DNA of 63,056 nt, the filler included, from Lenisia limosa (taxonomy: Eukaryota; Protista; Breviatea), in assembly GCA_001655205.1 (NCBI GenBank). It is 8 parts of 8 records of this genome, joined end to end, with 100 filler letters (N's around TTAATTAATTAA, not from the genome) between each part and the next. Parts side by side here need not be neighbours in the genome. Positions count along the whole stretch, not along the records: positions 1 to 14,245 come from LPNZ01003877.1; 7 more parts are not named here. One strand, 5' to 3'. Position numbers and translations under genes: made by a program. Every line of letters begins with the position of its first letter. Within the stretch, counting starts at the first letter, position 1. This document shows positions 1-9,700 of this stretch, in pieces. Below the pieces are notes generated by a model that did no database searches, was not told the DNA's origin, and saw only the letters and a program-made list of their open reading frames with translations.

Positions 1-551
1 TTACATTGTATACATATAACATATACTATACTATACTATACTATATGATATATCGATATAGAATTTCTGGAGACTCCAGAGCAAAGAGAGCAGTTTATTG
101 ACTCAATAGAGGGGTATTTCCGAATTTACGCTCAATAATTGGCATTCATTGTTTTACTGCAAAACAAGACACGTCGCCTTTCGGAAAGTCTAACATATCC
201 GGGAATTTTCTGCTGCTATGTGTTGCTATTATTATTATCTAAAAACATCTCATAAGTATACTTTATACTATTTAGCTATATATTATAAAAATAACCAAGA
301 TTCTCTATCAAAATAATACATAACACTTCAAATCCTAACAAACAGGACACGTCTTCCTTTAACAGGCAAAAATATGAGGTTCTGCAAGTATGAGATGAAA
401 AGTAGTCAATACATTCAAAAAAAAGATTATTTTCCCCAGCTTTCATCCCCCCTCTCTCCAACTACGGCCATATTTCCGGAACCACCCCTAAAATTGAATC
501 CTTGCGTTTTTCTGATGAGTCGAATAGGATCTGGGAACCCGGAAAGATTGT

Positions 552-648
552 GGAGCTTCACTTTCGGTTCCAAAAAAAGACTGAATCCTCGATTAATCCT
601 CAAAAAATATCGATATTTCACACGTTTTTTGGAACCTAGAGTGAAGTG
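552..648. mobile_element. MITE family B copy
   Basis: GGAGCTTCACTTTCGGTTCC...GGAACCTAGAGTGAAG. Confidence 0.7.
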
Positions 649-723
649 CTACAATAGTACCCCCTTAAATCCCCCTCCCCTCACCTAGAACCGGGGTAGC
701 TGCAGTGAGAACGATGACGCTCA

Positions 724-3700
724 TTATGCCGCGCCACCACGCCTTCCTCTCCGTCTCCCCCGGGCTGCATCAGGAGCGACCTGGGCCGGGTTGCTGAAAT
801 GCGGATGGTAGCTCTGGGGGGAGTAAAACGAAGGAAGATGAAGAATATTGGCGTAAAGATACTAATCACGAACTGAATAATCTGAAACTCCGTAAAATTG
901 GAAAATTTAGGAAAAAAACAAACACAAAATCAACTCTGTTGGCTAGCAACACACGAGGGTTGAAAATCACAAAACAAACAAAGCCCNNNNNNNNNNNNNN
1001 NNNNNNNNNNNNNNNNNNNNNNNNNNNNNNNNNNNNNNNNNNNNNNNNNNNNNNNNNNNNNNNNNNNNNNNNNNNNNNNNNNNNNNNNNNNNNNNNNNNN
1101 NNNNNNNNNNNNNNNNNNNNNNNNNNATTGAACGTTTAGAGTTAATTAGGAATAAACACACGCAACATTGAATAAACCCCCAAAATTTTGAGTCATTCGT
1201 ATCAAAACCTGGTCAGTGTACATGCAGAATACAAATGTATCATAATACAGTGACCGGGATAAGTCTTGACCGATTTTCCTTGGAAAATCATAGCAAATCG
1301 GTCAAGACGTATCCCGGTCACTGTATGATAATACAAATTCTCTCCTACGTTCCTCAGGTTCTGGAGATCTTGCTGTTGCTTCCTTATGATCTCCTCCTGC
1401 GCAGCAGTTTTGGCCTAAGGTGGTCAGCCAAGACTATTCAGGTCATTTAATCCGATTATTGGAGTTCTTTTTTTAAAAAAGCCTTCAAAAACCGGGAATT
1501 CATTCTGGAAAAAGAGATTTCATGACAAAGCTAACAGTTCCCATTCATTATGGGAGTTCATTTCACATACTGTCTTAATTTTCACAAAGTCTACAGCAAA
1601 TATAACCATATCATATGTGTAATATGTCATACATAATATGCATATCATATACATGTATAATAGTAGGTTGTGTCTGGCAGAAGATTTCCACACAATCACG
1701 TTTAAACATACACTTGTATTAAATGTATTGTTCCCGACATAAATATGTTCAAAGTATAACCAGTATGGTCTCCCTTCGAATAAGATAATTGTATCCCATT
1801 GTCAATGTATACTGTATTGTCCTTGAAGGAGCTTCACTTTTGGTTCCAAAAAAGACTGAATTCTCGATAAATCCACTATATTTATTTATCAACGTTTTGT
1901 CAGCCTTTTGGAACCGAAAGTGAAGCTCCATTAAAAAGATCATCACTGCCAACTTTGAGGGCTTCCAGCTCCGGTTGTTCACTCTGCTGTGTTACCTAAA
2001 ATAATGATTTGATTACAACAAAGTCTCCTGTGATCATAGAGATTGGCAGTTGATTATGGAAAACAAGCATCAAAAAAGTACGGAAAGAGTCAATGTTCAA
2101 AGGCTGAATTTCATTAGAAGCAAAAGTGCATATATACTTGTTAAATTAAAGTATCTGAAATGGAGTTGAGGTTTGTCAACACGGTAGTTCCAAATGGAAA
2201 AAACCCACCAAAAAAGGTAATATTAGGACAAAGTTAAGACATATCCAACCTATCCAACCCACCTGCTGGTTCTGCTTGAAAATCTTTGGGCCTTTTATCT
2301 TGGCAATGACTCGGCTCTGTAACGGTCAGTTCTGTTAATTTGTTATTATGGTTCCAAAATTTTATTTCTATTTATGGTACCCCAGATTATATTTATCTTG
2401 TTCAAAAAAAAAGACAAAATTGAGACCCACAGGAGAATCTTGCTGCTGCAATCCTGGCAGTTGCTGTACCTGCTGCTCTTGCCGATATTTCTGCTGTTTC
2501 GCTTGTTGTTGTTGTAGATATAACCACTGCTCTTTCTCTTGCTGTTGCTGCTGCCTAAGCTGCTGATATTGTTGCTGTTGTTGAAGCTGTCTCTGCTGCT
2601 GATATTGTTGCTGTTGAAGCTGTCTTTGCCTCTGCTGCAGGAAATTCCTGGCAAAGTTTTGCTGGGGTGTGGGTTTCTCTTGCGTTCTTTGGGGGGGAGC
2701 GGCGGGCTGAGTGTATCTAGAGGGGTGTTGGATGGTTTCGGNNNNNNNNNNNNNNNNNNNNNNNNNNNNNNNNNNNNNNNNNNNNNNNNNTGTTGCCGAA
2801 GCTGTTTCTCTTGCTGTTGCTGCTGCCTAAGCTGTCTCTCTTGCTGTTGCTGCTGCCTAAGCTGCTGATATTGTTGCTGTTGAAGCTGTCTCTGCTGCCC
2901 CTGCTGCAGGATATTCCTGGCAAAGTTTTGCTGGGGTGTGGGTTTCTCTTGCGTTCTTTGGGGGTGAGCGGGCTGAGTGTATCTAGAGTGTTGGAAGACA
3001 GCGATCCTGGTTTTGGTCGTATTGGGAGCCTTAGTAGGTTGCATGCGCGGTGTAATCTTCGGCTCTTGTGATTGGGATTGTTGCTGAGCAGGGAGATTTG
3101 ACTGAACTTGGGGTTGTTTGACCTTTGACTGGATGTGGGGCGTTTTGGGGTCAGTATTCCTGGAGTACGTTTTTCCCTTGGGTTGTGCGCTGCAATTTGG
3201 TTAAAAAAGATCATAAAGAATAAAAACGAAGCCCCACAAACAAAACAATAGCATTGGAAAAAGCTCTGACGAAGCAATCCCTTAAAAAAATAAAAAAAAG
3301 CTTTGGTTGACGTAATCCCATAAAAAAAAAAAAAAAGGAAAAAAAAGATAATCCCATACACAAACAAAATAGGAAAAAGCTATCGTTGAAACAGTCCCAT
3401 AAAAACAAAACAAAAGGAAAAAAGATAATAAGCAGCCCGCCCCTACATTGGCTCTCCAGTGTTGGCAGCAGTTCGGGCCTTGTCTCTCTTCTCTTTCCGC
3501 TCAGTCATTCTAATTCTCTTTTCCTCCTTATCAGCCATTCGCTTCAGCTTTTCATCCTCCATATAACGCGAGTCCACTTTAAAACTGAAAAGTAAGCACA
3601 ACCCAGTTTACTATGTTGTGATACTACATACCATCAGAATTCTCATCAGAAACCTAAGACCTATCCAGTGACCGGGATAAGCCTTGACCGATTTTCCTTG

Positions 3701-6700
3701 GGAAATCACATTGCGAATTGGTCAACACTTATCCCGGTTATGTATGTTTATTACTCACCGGAAAGGAAATAGCTCCTCATCAAGGATGTGAAGAACGTTG
3801 TGGTAGTTCTGCGAAGGGGTTCTGGAGAGTAAGATTTTCTCCTAGTGCTTATAGCTTGAACTTCACTTCGGTTCAAAAAAAAAAACCGGTAAAATATCGA
3901 TAGTTTTCGAGGATTTATCGAGAAAGTCAGTCTTTTTTCGAACCGAAATGAAGACCTGCGTTTAGCTACAAACAAACATAATAAAAACATCCAAAATATA
4001 TCGATGAATCCTCGAAAAATAACAGTTTGTCCCGAAGTGAAGCCATACAGTGTCGAAGGTCATATGGAATATTTCAATGCAAAATTGACACAAAAAAAGG
4101 AACATATCTGTTAGAGCTTCACTTTTGGTGACAAAAAAAGACTGAATCCCCGATAAATCCTCGATAAATATCGATATTTAAACAGTTTTTCGGAACTGAA
4201 AGTGAGGTATCTTCCGTGGCCGAAGCCGTCCACATCATCATTACCAGGGCTTCCCTACGGTCCGCAAAAGACCGTTTACATATCGATAAGTATCGAGGAT
4301 TTGTCGAGAGATTCGGTCTTTTTTTGGGACCGTGGAGAAGCCCTAATAATTACCTTTATAAGAGATATTAATTCAAAAATAATCCAAACCAAATGGTCAT
4401 ATAGTATGCAGAAATCAGAAATGAAAAAGGAACATCTGATTAGACAGCCAAGAACATTCCCTCAAAATGGGCCCAAGTAGCCCACTTCTTCGGTTTTGCA
4501 ATTTTCACTCCGTTGGTGCCAAGAACAAGCTAAAAAGTTAATCTTCGGATAAGTTTAAAAGTCCAAATATCGATATATATCGATGATTTATCGAGAAAAT
4601 CGGTCTATTGTGGGATCGCAATGAATATGAGGAGATGAAAAAAAAAAGAAGGTTTTACAAGCCAAAGCCATCTACACAGTCACATTTAAAAGGAGCTTTT
4701 TGAAATGAGAATACAAGGAATTATCCGGCCGAAGCCTTGCCCTGGACACACCCTCTGGAATGTTGCGAAAATGGTGCTTCTGACTTTGTGTTCTCCAGCT
4801 GGTTGCAGAGATTTGTTCAGTACGTTTCCTGGAGAGGTCAAAAAGGGGTCAAAAAGGGGTCAAAAAGTCAAAGCAAAGGTAAAAGGTTGCCTGGGTTTCC
4901 AATGACAATAATGGGAATTCAAGTTTGTTTTTAATATATCTCAAGTCAATGCGCCGGAGAAAGGCAAATGGTGAGGGAAGTAATGTCTATCACCTCTAGG
5001 GCTTCCCAACGGTCCCAAAAAAGACTGAATATATCGATATATCCTCGATAAATATCGATATTTAACCGCCCTCAACACCCACTCCCCCACCATCACGATT
5101 GAGTACTACAGGGAACCGAAGCTGAAATAGTCAGAAAAGCAAAAGCAAAGACAGAATTGGGGGTGAAAGGAAAAAAAAAAGTGCGAAAATGGGAGTATTG
5201 ACTGTGACGATGTGTTTGCAGATATCATAATATGATATAATCGATATATACAGTACATACATGTAGTATATATCATATAATACTATATATTATTATTTAT
5301 CTTTTAGTACATATCATATATGATATGCATATATCATTATCTCATATCATTTCGTATGTTCAATGAAAAAAAAGTGAAACCCACAAAATGACATAATATA
5401 ATACCTCAGAATAACCATATAGCCCCCCCCCCACAGAACGGCCATAGCGGAGCCCCTGTGGAATCGGAGGCCCCCAAGGCAGAATGCTGACGATCTCATG
5501 GTTCCAATCGAAGACGGGCCGGGACCCTTGGTAAGGTGTATAGAACTGGTCCGAGGTTGCATGTCTGGCGGGGGAGTAAAAATGGAAAATTATTATCGGG
5601 AGGGTTTTTGGGGGGTAAAATTGGAAAATTTTTGAAACAAAAAAACCAAATCAACTCACAACACACCAGGGTTGAAAACAACAAAACAAACAAAGCTCAG
5701 GGCAGTCGCTTCTGCAGCACCACATCATGTTAGGTTACAACTGACAATTTATGGAAAGTGACTGATGCGGGAACAACACTGACAACTTATGGAAAGTGAT
5801 TGATGCGGGAACCACACTGACAATTTATGGAAAGTGACTGATGTGGAACAACACTGACAATTTATGGAAAGTGACTGATGCGGAACAACACACGACATGC
5901 CAACCTGAAGGCCTGTAAGTTGCCTAATTTGGAAACAATGATTCCGTCCCCCCGCAGCTCGACTTTGCCTTGCTTCTCACGCTCCAGCCAGATCTGCAGA
6001 GTCAGAAATAGGATTTCGCTCTGGTACAAAAAAGGTTACTCGTATCGATGTTTTCAGGATCGGAGTTAAGCTCTTGAAATCAAGTAATAATTAATTAGAA
6101 ATGAACTAATTTCAACTTCAATATTCTTTTGAACTCCATGCAACTCATTATTTTGGAGAAACTAATTGACACAGTCTGGAATGAAAGAGTCTGGATGATA
6201 GAGTCTGGAATGAAAGAGTCCGAAATGAAAGAGTCTGAAACGGACTTCTCGTTAGAGTATGTCCCACCAGTAGGTTATAATACCTTCTCCCCCACAACAT
6301 AAATTCAAAATGAATGAAATTGCGAAAAGTTACCAAAAAAAAAACGTAGTACCACTACTTATCTCACACACTGTATGTACATTAACAACAGTACCCCCCC
6401 CCCCNNNNNNNNNNNNNNNNNNNNNNNNNNNNNNNNNNNNNNNNNNNNNNNNNNNNNNNNNNNNNNNNNNNNNNNNNNNNNCACTATGCGAGACGTCACG
6501 TTGACGTTGTGCGTGGGATGAATCGTCGGCTCGGCGTATTTGTTGTACAGCAGCGGAACATATCTGCAGAAGTCACGCATGTTTTCATCATCCATCACTT
6601 CTACTCGGAAGTCGGTCACATAATCATATCACTTTCGGATTCCGAACAAAAAGTTTCGGTGACGTCATCTTTTATCTACTTTTTACTAGAATTTAGAAGA

Positions 6701-9700
6701 TTTTGCTCAGTATGATAATCACAACATTTGTTCTCTTGCTTCCAAAACAACTGCCTTTATTACAGTAAATAAAAATCACGCAGGTTACACTCGGTTTTGG
6801 CTTTATTTGTGGTTTATCCGAGCCAGTTTCTGGATTGGCACCCTGCTTTAAGGCTTCACTCCGATCCGAAAATAACGATAAAAAACGATAGTTTTGGAGG
6901 TTTTATTGAGGACTTCAGTTTACTGGTCTTTTTTTGCAGTTTCCTTGGTTTACCCCCCTACGATGCTTCCTGAAGGGCAGTTGCTCCATAGAATCGGAAA
7001 AATTCAAAGAATAGCTGGGGGGGGGGGGGGGNNNNNNNNNNNNNNNNNNNNNNNNNNNNNNNNNNNNNNNNNNNNNNNNNNNNNNNNNNNNNNNNNNNNN
7101 NNNNNNNNNNNNNNNNNNNNNNNNNNNAACAAATCATTTTGATAATCCCGCGCATACGGTGTTGGAGTCGGGCAGGCGATTGAGGAGTACCAGTTCAGGT
7201 TTATTGGCGTTTTCGAGGGGATGAAGAATGTAGTCGTTCTAGAGGCAATGATATTTAAAAAGGGAAAAAGAAGATATTTAACAAGGGAAACAAGAAGATA
7301 TTTAACAAGGAAAAAAGAAGATATTTAAGAATTGGAAGGGAGTTAATTTTATCCTTCCTTCCACCCCTCTTTTTTTTTGTGAAAACTTTTAACACTGTCT
7401 TCCTCCCCCCAGAATTTATGACAGGCTAATTTTCAGCCCCCCATACCCGAACAAGAAAGTGGATGGCCATATAAGCCCAGGCCGTCATATTGAGGTTGCC
7501 GTCTTGTCCGGAGTTGATCTCATTTTTCCGCGCCCACTGTCGGATAGCCTGGATGAAACTTTTGATCTGAGGGGAACGGGGAGTAAAACGAAGGAAATTC
7601 CGATCAAGAATAAAAATTTATGAAACAAAAGACGTGTAAAATCTACTCTATTGGGGGGAGAGAGTGAAAGAACAGAATCTTAGATTGGCAATATGTTGGT
7701 GGAAGAAAACTTATGAGGGGGTGAAGAATGGAAACTCTTCAGAAAAGAAGGTAAAATATCGATATTTATCGAGAATTTATCGAGAACGACAGTCTTTTTT
7801 TGGGACCGTAGTGAAGCCCCAATTATCATCACCCACAGTTGTGTTTGCTACCACGGTTGTGAGCATTTTAGTGTTCAAAATGGCATTGAGGTTGCCATAG
7901 GAAATTTCAACTTCCACTCCGTACTAAATTGTCAGTCACAGTGTATTTCCATATTTGCTCAGAATTTTTAGTCTAAAAGAACATTAATTAGAAGTACTCA
8001 TTGTATAATACTCCACCATTATCCTTAAAAGTAATGTGGTGAAGAAAGTAGCATTTATAATTACTACATTATTTTACTTAAGAGATATTGATTATAGTAT
8101 AATATTAACGCACCCAATCATTTGCCTTGCAACTCTGTGCACACAGCTTTCTGCGTGCCTCTCTATATTATATATAATGCCATACCAAGAGGAATCTGAA
8201 GATGGGGACCCGGCAATCGACAACAAAGGGCTTGGAGATGAGGATTTGGGACATGATTCGTTGTTTCATTCTTTTCAGGATTGGAAGCGCGACGTCACGC
8301 ATCATATCATCGTTGTCACTGGGGGTGTAAAATTGGTAAATCAACTCTGGTGGCTGACAATACACGAGGGCAAATAACAACAAAACAANNNNNNNNNNNN
8401 NNNNNNNNNNNNNNNNNNNNNNNNNNNNNNNNNNNNNNNNNNNNNNNNNNNNNNNNNNNNNNNNNNNNNAGGCCAGTAGGGCGAAAGGTGACCGATTGTC
8501 ACCTTACGCTCAAATATCGAGAGTTTTATGGTATTTATTGGGAGATTATCGTGTATTTATCAAGAATTTTCGAGAAAAAAAGAGGTAAAGAGTGAACATA
8601 TGCTAAAGATGAAAATTATAGTATCATACATAGGATACTACATTGTATATAAAGATGAAAAGAGTACTAAAGATGAAAAGAAGACAAACACAATAATAAG
8701 AGGTTGTGTTGCTCACCATTCTCCGACGTCAATGGTAATGTCGATGTCCGAATTGGGGTCACGAAGTCTAGATGTAGGGTTAGCATAACAAAAGATCACG
8801 AAAAGAATAGTTTTACAGCCAAAAACCACTCCTCCTTACCCTTGTACGGTGGATCCATAGATATCGTAGTTCTCAATGACACCCTCGGTGAGAAGACTAT
8901 TCAACACTCCTCGGATATCAATCATTGCCCTCTCAATGTTTTCAAATTCTGGAAACGTTAAACTATATAGAGATGAGAAATAAAACAATCTGTTCGAAAC
9001 AATTCACACGTCCCGCGTATAAGACATATAATATTGGATTATAGTAATATTAATTCACCTAATAATGTGTCTTACAACTTTGTGCACACCGCTTAATAAG
9101 ATTTTTAAACGGAATAATGTATTGATTAAAAGGTTATATATATTTGGTTGAGTGAGATTCACTTCAGTTGTCTAATTTGATAAATTCTCGATAAGTATCA
9201 AAGTAATATATTTCTTTGTTCTTTGGACAGAAAGTGAAGTATTGGGACTCTCCTCTCACTTCTTTTCGGGTTCTTGTAGGGGTACGTAGCTTCCAGCGAG
9301 ACAGCTTCATGCAGTACATCCGGCTCGGGCACTTTAATGGGGATTTCTAGAGGGTCAAATAGCTTCAAAAGGTATACTTTTTATATATACACTATATATA
9401 TATATGTACAGTGACCAGGATAAGTCTTGACCTAATTTCCTTGGGATTATTAGTCTTATGATATTGTATCTGGCCGAAAAAACAACCCTAGACCATATCT
9501 TGAAAGGCCGTTTTAATAATAATTTAAATCACGAGCAAACGCACCCGCATATTAGCTACTATTTATGAGGCAACTGCACCCAAAGAATAGAGCGATTTAT
9601 ATAGGGCTTCCCTACAGTCCCGATAAATTCTCAATAAATATCGATAATTTAATGGTGTTTTTTGGACCGAAGGAAAGCCTAAGTCACAAGCGTTCAAACC

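Noticed and set aside
2348-3071. Plus-strand poly-Leu and poly-Cys ORFs
   Set aside because: Shadows of the CAG/CAA-rich minus-strand exon.
5435-5530. Apparent plus-strand exon (cag|..PGPL|gtaagg)
   Set aside because: The minus-strand reading gives the FDW..IVSI motif and fits the phase of both neighbouring exons.
5737-5893. 37-38-bp repeats resembling a CRISPR array
   Set aside because: Units are head to tail with no unique spacers, there are no cas genes, and the site is a eukaryotic intron.
6485-6563. EPTIHPTHNV as a Cid1-like His-containing UTP-recognition motif
   Set aside because: It lies upstream of the FDW..IVSI motif, whereas the real recognition loop should lie downstream, so the resemblance is probably chance. 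No uridylyltransferase specificity is claimed.
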